DNA of 64,000 nucleotides from an uncultured delta proteobacterium (GTDB lineage Bacteria; Myxococcota; Myxococcia; Myxococcales; Myxococcaceae), in the NCBI GenBank assembly GCA_963796055.1, contig CAWCKH010000002.1:160001-224000 (forward strand), given 5' to 3'. The notes under the pieces were generated by a model that saw only the letters and a program-made list of their open reading frames with translations, had not been told where the DNA came from and did not search any database. Positions 28,207-38,400 of this stretch are shown piece by piece (position 1 is the first letter of the stretch; every line of letters starts with the position of its first letter). The position numbers and the translations under genes were made by a program.

Positions 28207-28814
28207 CTCTCTCTCCTTCGGGCTCGAGTTTCCCGTGGCGGAGCGGGGAACCTCACGGGCCGGAGAGGCCCGTGGCAAATCGAGACGCTCACACCTTTGG
28301 CCTCAGCAAGACAAGCCCCTCGGCCCTCGCAAGGGCGCTGTCGGTCGGTTGTCCAGGACTGGACTCGACCGCGTGCTGGCGACCCGGTGGCGGGACGGAG
28401 TACCCAGGCATACGAGCCGCGCCCAACGATCTCACCACGTCCCAACCGCGTCTTCCGCGCCCCAGCGCGCCGCTGGGCGGGCGTGCGTGGCCCGAGTCAA
28501 TCGATGAACTGACACGTCCCGACGATGGGTCACGATCCTCGTCTCGAACACGCTCGGCACGGCACTTGGGGATTTCGTGGCGACGGATGCTGGGCTGGGT
28601 TTCGAGGGCGGAGCTCTCGTATTCGCCGGGCCGATCCTCGATCGGAATGATGAGGAGGTGGGGGGCGGTTCTGATGTTTCGTCCGAAGTCTTGGACGTTG
28701 GCGGGGCGGGCGCCCTGAGCCAGAGCGGAGATCCGGCAGGAGACCAGCACCGGTGCGGGACGCACGCTGTCACGTGTGGCGGGATGTGCCTCAGCACGCA
28801 CTGAGTCTAGGAAC

Positions 28815-30106
28815 CTATGGGAGCGAAATCGCCAGCTCCTCGGCGCCGAGAGTTGGATCTGCTCGCGCCACCACGCGGACCGACTCTCGAACTTTCTCGA
28901 GAACGAGCGGAAGGTCGGTCCTGCGATCGACGTAATGGCCGACCTCGTCGAGCGACGCAGGCCATGTGCCCCGGGTGTCATGCACAGCCCAGAGGCCAAG
29001 CCCGGACCGCAACAGCTCCAAGTCCGTTTCCAGCCTCCGCACCCGACGGAAGAGCTGGACCCAGCGCTCAATCCCTCCCGGGGAGTCATCCACGTCGGCG
29101 AGTCGCCAGAAGAACGGCGCCTCCCCCATCGCGCGGAGCGCTGGGTCGGCAAGCGCCGGAGAGGAATCGACGACTTCGATCGCGTGAGCTGAGACAAGGC
29201 ATTGCTCCCTGCCGGCGGCCCGGCTGAAGAGAGTTCGCCTGACCTTGTGCAACCAGCTCCCGGTGTCCTGTTGCTGTCCGGCGGTCCGCATCAGGTGAAT
29301 CGCCCCGGGCGGCAGCTGCGCCCGGGACTCCTCGCTCCAGTATCTGGCGAAGAAGGCAACCTGCGCGAACACCAGTTCCTGCTCTAGCGTATGCGCCAGG
29401 GTTGGCCATCCACTCTGGAGCGCTCTAACTGCAGAATAGAGTTCCTGCCGATGCGCCGGCGTCGCCTGTCGAGCAGTGTCCAGGCAAAGCGCTCGGGTCC
29501 GCGTTCCCCAGGCCGCCGCAACCATCCGCCCCAGAAGACTCGTCCCGGCAGAGGCCCGGAGAAGCCCCAAGAGCCCGATGCAGGTCTCGACCGCGCGGGA
29601 GGTGTCGCCTGATTCAAGTGATGCCCGTCCGCGGATGAGGCCGAGTCGAACACTGGTCTGGAGGTTCAGCGTTGACGGCTGGAGTCGCCAATCGTCGAAG
29701 ATGGACCAGAGCTGGAAGCTCGGCGGGAGTCGGTTCGCGCTTCCCCGAGCGGCGAAGAGAAGGGTCTTCAGCTCCGGTTCGAGATGCTGGGCCGCCTCCA
29801 CGAGCTCCGGCGCGGTCGCCACGGGAGCACGGCCCTCCACCACCGCGGCAAACCGGGGACCGTTCTCGGCTGAGGGACTGCCCCGTTGAACAGGGTCCAA
29901 ACGGCGGGATCCAGCGCAGCCAGCCCCGGGTTCTCCACGTTGAGCGGTGCCGCAGGTGGCTGCGGGGCCACCGCGAGCTCACCGGCGCGCCGGACCGCCC
30001 AAGCTTCACAGCCTGCACCGTCGTGGGTCGGTGGAAGTCGAACGGCCAGGAGAATGGCAAGGAGTCCCCCCACGGAACGTGAGTGTACCTCAGCCGTCGC
30101 ATCCAC
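28815..30106 (-). CDS. Hypothetical membrane-anchored protein, probably frameshifted near 29880
   Basis: N-terminal hydrophobic segment in ORF 29768..30106; protein-like body in ORF 28815..29900; the frames join at a G4 run. Confidence 0.45.
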
Positions 30107-30185
30107 GCCCGTGAACGGCTTCGGACGAGGCCCCCATCTCTCTGCTCTTGGGCGAACCGGGCAGCGCCTGCATGATACTGGATGC

Positions 30186-30794
30186 GTGGACCAGGACTTC
30201 GAGTTGTTCGGGGAGCTAGGCGCTGTCGTTCCGCCGACCGAAGTTCAAATGTCGGGGACCTGGTCGGCGCGGACGCGGCGGCAGTACGCGTCGCGGGAAC
30301 AAATGGGCACGGGCGAGGGCCCGTACGTCGAGATTGTGGACTGGATCTGGGAAGGGATTTTCGCCAGCGTCGCGCCGTTCGACGAAATCGCAGTCCTGGC
30401 CGCCAGGAACACCCTGTGCTGGGCGAAGTCGCAGCCGCCGCTGGCTCAGGCCCCGGTGAGCGTCGCGGCATCAGCCTGCGCAGGCACCCCGATTTCTGTT
30501 TCCTTCACCGGCGCGTTCCACGGCGCGTACCCACCGTCCGTTCCCGTGGAGATCAGCGAGGAGCCGCCCAAGGCCTGCGTCCTCGGGGCATCGCAGACCA
30601 CGATGGGCACGCTGCACGTCGTGGCGCAGCTAGGACGTGCCGCGTTTGGGGTCGTTCTCCTACCAGCCTCAGCCGTGAAAGTTGGGCGCAACCGCCTGTG
30701 GCAGCTCCGCGAGCCGTTGGCTTCGACACTCGGTCCAGAGCTGCAACGGCTGCTGATGGGTGGCCGGAGCGGTGAACTCGAACTCAAGGACTGA
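30186..30794 (+). CDS. Hypothetical protein
   Basis: 3' part of ORF 29886..30794 has normal protein composition; start uncertain (GTG 30186). Confidence 0.4.
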   Translation: MDQDFELFGELGAVVPPTEVQMSGTWSARTRRQYASREQMGTGEGPYVEIVDWIWEGIFASVAPFDEIAVLAARNTLCWAKSQPPLAQAPVSVAASACAGTPISVSFTGAFHGAYPPSVPVEISEEPPKACVLGASQTTMGTLHVVAQLGRAAFGVVLLPASAVKVGRNRLWQLREPLASTLGPELQRLLMGGRSGELELKD

Positions 30795-30929
30795 ACGTCC
30801 GACGAAGCGAGGAGCGGACCGTGCGGTGGTGCGGCTCAAAGCGGCACTCGGCGGCGGTCTGAATATGACCGGTCGAGACAGGATCGGCGATCAAGCCCGC
30901 CTCGACTCCGTCCCCCCGGGGGCCGACGG

Positions 30930-32069
30930 TCAGGGTAGCGGGACGATGCGGTCGAGGCGATTACGGCCGTCCTCGACGAAGTACAGCCCATCCGGGGCAA
31001 GCACCATCGCCGTCACAAACGACAGGTCGCGCGCGAGCGGCACAGCGATCCCGGTGGCGAGGTCGTAGCGGTAGAGGCTCTGCGGCGGAGCGGGATTGGG
31101 GCCGAACTCAGCGGGGAACGTGGCGAAGTACACCGTTCCTGTAGCGACCGCTCCGGCGACGACCGGGAGGTCCGTTGCGAGCAGCAGCTCCTTGGGGCCG
31201 CCATCCCTGGCGACCCGTGAGAGCGTCCCGCCATCGCCGAACCGGTCTCCCGAACCCCAGTACACGAAGTGCTCATCGACCCCGAGCACGTACGCAACCT
31301 GCTCCGCAGGGGCGAGGGTGAGGACGTTCCCGTCGAAGTCGAAGCGCACGATGTCCGCGAAGAAGCCCCCTGCGTACGGGAGCACGGAGGCGAAACCTTC
31401 TGGCCCGTCGACTGCCATGGAGAAGACGCCGCCGCCGACCGGGAAGTCGCGCCAGGGACCGCCGCCGTCCGTCTGCCAGAGATGGACACCTCGCGAGTCC
31501 CCGACCACCAGGGTGTTGCCCGCTATCCTGAGCACCGAGCTGGTGCCGCTCGCAGTTCCGATCGGTCCTGCGGCCCCGGTCTCTCGAACGAGACGGTGGA
31601 CGTAGCCGTCGACAGCCGTCCAGTACACGCCGGCGTCGTCGAGCGCGAGCGAGATGGGTTCATCGTAGAGGTTGTCTCGCGCCCAGATCTCGCGCGTAAC
31701 CCCGGTGTCGAGCGCCGTGTCGTAGATGGCGAAATACATCGCCCAGAAGAGATGGGTGCCATCGACCGCGAGCGCCCAGGCGCCCGCGTCCGGGGCCGCG
31801 GAGAGCACGGCCCCGTTTGCGCCGCCGTCCACGGCTCGCCAAGACAGGACGAAGGTCGGCAACCCGGCATCCTGGGGTGGACCCGAGTCCTGACCCGCGT
31901 CCGGTACGTGTTGCTCTCCCGAGCAGCCGAGGACGGTCGCGATCCCGAGCGTCAGGGCTAGGCCTGCGAGTCTCGCTCGGGACCTCGGCCGCGAATCGTT
32001 GTTGCCCGCTGCGCGGACGCCACGTAGAGCCCGGACAAGCTTGTTGAGCTCGGTCACTGTGTGGTGCAC
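30930..32069 (-). CDS. Beta-propeller-repeat lipoprotein (DUF5050-like)
   Basis: Lipobox VLGC; repeats ALAVDGTHLFW, LALDDAGVYW, LGVDEHFVYW, VLAPDGLYF; start uncertain. Confidence 0.75.
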   Translation of the reverse strand: MHHTVTELNKLVRALRGVRAAGNNDSRPRSRARLAGLALTLGIATVLGCSGEQHVPDAGQDSGPPQDAGLPTFVLSWRAVDGGANGAVLSAAPDAGAWALAVDGTHLFWAMYFAIYDTALDTGVTREIWARDNLYDEPISLALDDAGVYWTAVDGYVHRLVRETGAAGPIGTASGTSSVLRIAGNTLVVGDSRGVHLWQTDGGGPWRDFPVGGGVFSMAVDGPEGFASVLPYAGGFFADIVRFDFDGNVLTLAPAEQVAYVLGVDEHFVYWGSGDRFGDGGTLSRVARDGGPKELLLATDLPVVAGAVATGTVYFATFPAEFGPNPAPPQSLYRYDLATGIAVPLARDLSFVTAMVLAPDGLYFVEDGRNRLDRIVPLP

Positions 32070-32446
32070 GTGAAGGCGCCCCCGTCACACGTTCCGGCCA
32101 CGCACTGCCCGCCCCAGCATTCCGCGTCCACGGAACACGGAACACCGGCGTCCTTTCGACTGACGCAGCTGGGCGGGCCTGCATCCACTGAGCAGTAGCT
32201 CCCCTGGTTGCAGAAAATGGCCCCGCAGCTCGGTCCGGGCGCGAAGCAGGGTCCCTCCGGGTCAGAGCTGCTGCTGCAGCCGACCAGGCTAAGGCCGCAC
32301 ATGGCGACAGCCCAGATGGAAGCCAGGGCGGGCCGCACCCCCACGCTCAACGGACGAGGGGCTGCAGGGGCGATTCGTGGAGCACCTCCCCCTGTCTTCG
32401 TCGCATCGCCGACCACCGCCGGATGCGCGCCTCGGCAAGGCCTCAC
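32054..32446 (-). CDS. Small Cys-rich lipoprotein
   Basis: Lipobox SLVGC; about 10 Cys in the mature part (CSVDAECWGGQCVAGTC); start uncertain. Confidence 0.6.
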   Translation of the reverse strand: MRPCRGAHPAVVGDATKTGGGAPRIAPAAPRPLSVGVRPALASIWAVAMCGLSLVGCSSSSDPEGPCFAPGPSCGAIFCNQGSYCSVDAGPPSCVSRKDAGVPCSVDAECWGGQCVAGTCDGGAFTCTTQ

Positions 32447-32866
32447 GGCGAGCCCCCCTAACTCCTGTCCCGACTGGAGAAGAGCACGGCGGCGGCGCGC
32501 GATCTACGTGTGTCACTCGCACTCCATGCCGTGTTCTCGAGGCGAAGAGGCAGGGCGGTCGCCGCAACTCTGACGAGGCTGGACGGCCACGCACCTTCGA
32601 CGAAGCTCAGCGCGGCCGGAAGGCCGTCAAGAGCAGCCTCTCTCAGATCGTCCGCCCACCGCCTGACCCCGTCTCGCGGCTCGGACGGGTACGCGCGTGC
32701 TCGCGAGGGACGTCGCCGGGCCTGAGCGTTGCACGAGACCCGTGGACCCGGATGCCTTCCAGGAGGGCTTCCGGCTCAAGGGACCACGCGAGACGTGCGT
32801 CACGGGCGGGGGAATTGGTCCCGGTTGGTTCCAATCGATCCGGGGCTGCTCATCCGGAGCGGGAGC

Positions 32867-33095
32867 ATGCACCGGAGCACCACCGAGTCCTCGACGACGT
32901 CCCCATCCACCCCCCTGGCTGAGCGCGCCGAAGGCGACGCGCTACCTGCGCCTGCCGTCCGTTCGCGCGCTGTACCAGGCCGTCCGTCGCGGTTGGGTCC
33001 CGGCGCACCGGTTCGGCCCGCGCCAGCTCCGCTTTCACCGCCTCGAGCTCGACCAGGTCCTCGGCGCTCCGGGCGGCCGCATCGCCGCGCGGTAG
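32867..33095 (+). CDS. HTH excisionase-like protein with apparent +1 frameshift in a C6 run
   Basis: WLSAPKATRYLRLPSVRALYQAVRRGWVPAHRFG..LRF..ELD matches the xis/HTH_17 pattern; lies directly upstream of the integrase; ATG 32867 is out of frame by one C. Confidence 0.7.
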
Positions 33096-33132
33096 AGTCC
33101 AGCCACGACGCCCGCCTGCCCAAGGAGAACGA

Positions 33133-34185
33133 ATGGGCGTCACGCGGTACCAGGCAGATGGACAGACGTGGTGGCGGGTGGACGCGTGGGTCGTCGATCG
33201 CGACGGCCGACACGTTCGCTTCCGCCAGAAGCGCATCCCCACGAAGGAGCAGGCCTTGGCGGTCGCGGCGAAGGCGAGGACGGAGTCGTTCGAGGGAACC
33301 TTCCTCGGCCGGCGTCGTCTGCCGCGACACACCGTCGCCGAGCTCTGGAAGTCATACGCTCCCGCTGCCGAGCGGGACAACGACTCGTGGGCGACGGACC
33401 AGGGCCGAGCGAAGCACCTGCTCCGGCACCTTGGCACGATGCAGGCAGACCGGCTCACGCTGAAGGAAGTCGACGCGTACCGGGACACGCGGCTGAAAGC
33501 GCGGACGAAGCGCGGCACTCCGCCGACGCCAGCGACGCTCGATCGCGAGGTCGAGCTGCTCAAGCGGCTGCTCGGCTACGCGTTCAAGTCCGGTGAGCTG
33601 AAGGACCACCCGCTCCGCGGCGTCCAGCTCCTCCGGAAGCCGAACGTTCGGCGGATGGTGCTCGACGAGCACGGGTTCCAGCGGCTCTTCGCAGCGGCGG
33701 AAGAGGCGCTCCGGCCCATCCTCCTCGTCGCCTTCGACACCGGCATGCGCAAGGAGGAGCTCCTCGCGCTCCGCTGGGAGCAGGTGGACCTCGATGCGAG
33801 CACCATCACCCTCGCGCCCGAGGACACGAAGACGGACGAGCCCCGGCTGATCGTCCTCACCGCACGCGCGAAAGAGGCGCTCGGGACGCTCCACTCACCG
33901 AAGGCGACCGGCTTCGTCTTTGTGAACCCGCGGACGAGGACGCGCTGGGTGGACGTGAAGAAGCGCTTCCGCCGAGCAGTCGAGGCAGCAGGCCTCCACG
34001 GCCTCTGGTTTCACGACCTGCGGCGGAGCTTCATCACCCGGGCGCGCAGATTGGGCGTCCCGGAGTCGGTCGTCATGCGGATGAGCGGGCACCGCACGCG
34101 CGCGGTGTTTGAGCGGTACAACATCGTCGACACCCAGGACCTGCGGGCGGCAGTGCGCGCGCTCGAAAGTCTTGGACACGTTTAG
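33133..34185 (+). CDS. Tyrosine recombinase/phage-type integrase
   Basis: Catalytic set DTGMRKEELL, K, FHDLRRS, MSGHRT..RY; N-terminal arm-binding-like domain; AAGGAG RBS. Confidence 0.95.
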   Translation: MGVTRYQADGQTWWRVDAWVVDRDGRHVRFRQKRIPTKEQALAVAAKARTESFEGTFLGRRRLPRHTVAELWKSYAPAAERDNDSWATDQGRAKHLLRHLGTMQADRLTLKEVDAYRDTRLKARTKRGTPPTPATLDREVELLKRLLGYAFKSGELKDHPLRGVQLLRKPNVRRMVLDEHGFQRLFAAAEEALRPILLVAFDTGMRKEELLALRWEQVDLDASTITLAPEDTKTDEPRLIVLTARAKEALGTLHSPKATGFVFVNPRTRTRWVDVKKRFRRAVEAAGLHGLWFHDLRRSFITRARRLGVPESVVMRMSGHRTRAVFERYNIVDTQDLRAAVRALESLGHV

Positions 34186-34265
34186 GACACACCCGGTGTT
34201 TTTGGCCCCAGAAACACCAAAGCCCCACCACCGTAAGGGTCGGTAGGGCTTCGGCATTTTCGGAG

Positions 34266-34286
34266 TTGCGGGGGCGGGATTCGAAC
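34266..34286 (-). mobile_element. att core: 3' fragment of tRNA-Met (T-arm and acceptor)
   Basis: Reverse complement GTTCGAATCCCGCCCCCGCAA, 80 bp after the integrase stop; 19/21 identical to 53005-53025. Confidence 0.75.
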
Positions 34287-35219
34287 GACAAAGCAGACCC
34301 GTCCTCTCCTTCGTGGCGGACATCGCCCGAGACCGCGGGGCCTCAGATCCAGAGAGCTTCGTCCGTGTTCGCGCTCCCCGCCCCGCAGCCTGAGGACTTG
34401 CGAGCGCCCGTCGTCGCGCCATCGCGGCGGGCCCTTCCGAAGCTCCGGCCGTTCCCCCCTGGCCTGAGCCCGTGCGGCCGGCGCCCTTCGAGCTGTGGCC
34501 CCGGGCGGAGGCGTCCAGCGATGACGCCCGCCGCAGCGCCTTCGCCGAGCAGTTCGCCGAGCTGGAAGCCCGCCGGGTCGAGCGCCGCGTGGAGCGCCGG
34601 GTCAGCGGCCGGGCCCGCCGCATCGCCAGGGAGATCCGCGGGCTGTTCCAGGAAGCCAGTCACCTGCGGCGGCCGTAGCGCTGGGAGGGCTGGGGGACGG
34701 CAGCAGCTCCCCTCCTCAGCGAGGGGAATTGGTCTTGTACTGCGGAAACGGCCCATCGCTACTCCTCTTCCTTGACGTCCAAGCCTTGTTTTCCAAACGG
34801 CCCAGAATCTCTGCTTGCCGAGTCGGATGAAATAGAATCCGTGATCCGATTTCTCGACGTGCAGCCAGTCCCCCAGAAGGACCTCGTCGACCTCGCCGGA
34901 GTCGGTGGTCTGTATCCGCCAGTCCATCCGGTTGTTCGGAACGTTGGCTGTTGGTCGAGGACCGTTCCCCGCCAAGGTCCGCTACCTCCTCAGCGAGGTC
35001 CGAGTGGACGGTCCAGGCTTCGCTGCCGATGCGTCGAGTCGCCCGGAACCTCAGGTCACCGAGGGTAATCACTGATGAACCTGCCAGCTACTCCGCATAC
35101 CCAGCGGCGCGTCGGCAAGGCCGTGAGCTGGACACCACCACCAGCAGTTTGAACGGGGCCCGCGACGGCCTCCATGTGACTGGACGGCACGTGCAGCGCG
35201 GACCCGCCGTGGCTTTGCC

Positions 35220-35310
35220 ACCGTGTCTCGAAGCGAGTGAGCGCATCCAGAGACAAATCGACCAGCCAGTCGCCGATTTGAAGCTGCGCTGACGAGGCCC
35301 CGAGGTTCAT
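35220..35310 (-). pseudogene. N-terminal remnant of a wHTH-TPR regulator paralog
   Basis: MNLGASSAQLQIGDWLVDLSLDALTRFETR versus MDVRASRARLWIGDWLVDPSLDELHRGETR at 41762. Confidence 0.8.
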
Positions 35311-35343
35311 TCGGGCGCACCTAAGTGCTTGGAAGCTCAATGG

Positions 35344-35381
35344 TGAGGAAAGGCTTAGAAATCCGCAAGACGTCCGTGAGG
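35344..35381 (+). promoter_or_regulatory. 11-bp-periodic direct-repeat operator candidate, copy 1
   Basis: TGAGG, TTAGA, CAAGA, TGAGG at 35344, 35355, 35366, 35377; conserved in the second copy at 41691-41728. Confidence 0.55.
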
Positions 35382-35459
35382 ACTCGCCGCGGCTGCGAGG
35401 TGTTCACTCGCCGCCGGCAAAGTGCTCATCGGCGCAACACGTCACGGCGGAGAACTTCC

Positions 35460-38400
35460 ATGATTCGAGCATCTGTCGCGAGTCCAGTGCTCATGCTGCT
35501 GTTGCTGGCGTCGGCTGGCTGCACCTCGAGTGGCAGCAACGCCGGGTCCGGCGGCGCGCCAACGTGGTCGAAGTCCTACGGCGGGGAGGGCGACGATCAG
35601 GCAAGTGCCGTCATCGCCACGGCGGACGGCAACTATCTCTTCGTCGGCACGTGGAACGGCGAGGGGGCCGGCACGGCCCTGTCCGACGAAAATGAGGTCG
35701 ACGGCGACCTCTGGGTCGTGAAGCTCGACACGCTCGGCAACGTCATCTGGCAAAACGCCTATGGCGTGCGCCGCACGAGCGGGCCGATTGGCGCCACGCA
35801 GACGATTGCTGCCGTGCGTGAATCTGCCGATGGCTCGATTTGGCTGGCGGGAACGCGCAGCGCCAATCCCTCGCCCCGGGGTGATGCGCGCGCCGATATC
35901 GTCGTCATGCGGCTTGCCGCCGACCGGCGGCCGCTGTGCACAACAGTAGTCGATAGCGGCCCCTATCCCGGCAATTCGTTCTACTACCCTGGAGATACCG
36001 CAGACGACACTGGGTACGACATCTGGCCGACGAGCGACGGAGGCGCGGTGGTTGCCGGCTGGACAACAGCGATCGCGCGCGACGGCAATACGGCCTACCC
36101 CATACGCGCGCCGTACGTGTTCAAGGTTTCCGGCACGTGCGGCGTCGCCTGGACCCGTCACGTGCGCGATGACGAGATGCGCTACGTGAGTGAGCAGCCG
36201 TCGCAGCTCCTCGTGCGCGAAGCGAGCGACCACGGCGCAGTCATGGCGCTCAATACGCGGGTGCGGCCAGCCGGCAGCGGCAGCGCCAGTCCTGAGTTGC
36301 GCCTCGCCCGCTTCGATGCCGGCGGCGCTGTCCTGTGGTCGCAATCCTTTGACGAGGCGGTTGCGCTGCGCGACCTGATCCAGATCGATGGCGACCTGGA
36401 CGGGGCGGACGACGACGCCTTCGTGCTCGTGGGCAGCAGCGCCGGGCGTGGGCTGATCATGCGCATCGACGACGATGGCAATGGCGGCGCGTCCGAGGCA
36501 TGGGCCACGAGACTCGATGACGCGAGCGTGCTGAACGCGGTGATCCAGAAATGTCATCGGCAAGCGAGTGGAGAGCGCATCTGCAACTATCGGACAGTGG
36601 GCGCGAGCTCGACGGGCAACGGGTACGCTGCGTTCGTTTACGACGATGGCGGGGAGGCCTATTCGCGGGAGTTTCCGGAGTTGGGACCCGCCACGGATAT
36701 TCGCCTGCGGCAGGACGGTCCCTCGGCACTCTTCATCTACTTCGATATCGTCGGGGCGCGCCATCGCGGCGGCTGGATTGCCACTGTCAACAACATCCTC
36801 GGCGATGTGAGCGATCCGGTGCTGCGCAATGTGCGGCTCATCGACTACGCTCCGGACAGGATAGAGTACACACCGAGCCAGAGTCTGCTCGACATAAGCG
36901 CAACGACCGTCTCTCGGTTGGCGACGGACGGCTCCCTCGAGTGGTCGCAGACCTTCGACTCAACCACTGAACGCCGCGTCGAGCGGGCGTACTTCGTCGA
37001 ACAAACGGACGACAATGGCAACGGGCGACTCGATTCCAGCGACGGCTACCTCGTCGCCGGCGAGAGCACTTCCGACAACGCCGACCCGAGCGCGCGCGGC
37101 GCAACCTGGCTCATCAAGCTCGACGCGAACGGCGGTCTTGCCTGGCAGCGCCTTCTGGAAGATTTCACGTCCTGCGGCACGCGCTACCAGCCGGCGGAGG
37201 CTGTCGCCGCGGTCGCGAGCCGCGGCTATGTCGTCGCGGGCTTCGATGGCCAGACCCTGCGGCTCGCCGCGCTCGATCCGAATGGTGACGTGCGCGCGAC
37301 CACGACACCGCTCGTCGGTCTGGTAGAGCGGCAATATTTCTGCGACGTGCGGGTATCCAGTCTCGTTCGGACCCTGGACGAGGGATTCGCGCTCGCCATT
37401 GACCTGCCTCCGGGGGGCGTTCTGCTCAAGCTCGATGCCAATGCGCAGCCTGTCTGGCGCAAACGCCTCAAGCTGCGTCCCTCGACCGTGCGTGAATTGT
37501 CCGACGGTGCGCTGGTTGTAGCCGGTTCGGTCGGTGCGCTCAATGACCCTGAGATCCAGAAATTCACGTCCGCTGGCGATCTCACGTGGAGCCGGGACTA
37601 TGGATTTGGCATTTCGGTCTTCGCCGACAACGTTCGACTCTCCCCGCTCGCCAACGGCGATCTGTACGTCGCGGTGACACAAATGGACGGCTCGCCGGGC
37701 GGGACACCCGCCGACCTTGCAAGTCAGGGTTTTTGGAACACGCTCCTGTGGAAGACCGACGCCAACGGCGACGTGCGCTGGGGCCGCATCTACGGCGCCG
37801 CGCAGGATGAGCACGTGCTTGCGATCGCGACGTCGCCCGACGAGGGTGCGATCGTCGCGGGACGCTCGTTGTCGTTCGGTGATCGCAGCGAAGCGTGGCT
37901 GCTTCGCGTGGGCCCCGACGGCATGGTCACCGAGGGTTGTAACGCGCTGCGCGCGGCGTCGGCTGCCGTCAGCGCGATCCCCGTGTCCGCACTCGTCTCC
38001 AACTACACGCCGCAGCTGCGGCCCGAGGACATGCACACGCTGGCGCTCACCTCGCGCACGACGCAGGCGCCACGGTTCGCCCCGCAGTCGCTCGTGGTGG
38101 CGCGACAGTGCGAGGGCAATGCGCGGACGGACTCCGGTCCGCCCGCGGTGCGTCGCACCTTTCGCCTCACAGTCGCGCAGGGCAACGCCGCCACGTCCGG
38201 CGTCGTGACGAGCACGCCGTCGGGCATCGTGTGCGGGACGGCGGAAGAGGGCGGCGGCTTTTGCTCGCATGACTTTGTCGCCGACTCGACGGTCTTTCTC
38301 AAGGTCGATCCCGCCGATCTTCCGCGGCTGCGCAGCTGGGGCGGGTGCGACCGCATCACCGTCGGCCAATGTGAGGTCTTCATGGGCTCGGATCGGGAAG

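Noticed and set aside
32867..34286. Prophage
   Set aside because: No structural, packaging, replication or lysis genes; only xis-int and an att fragment
34343..35072. Small ORFs to the right of the first att
   Set aside because: Some protein-like stretches (MDWRIQTTDSGEVDEV...) but no recognisable family or reliable boundaries
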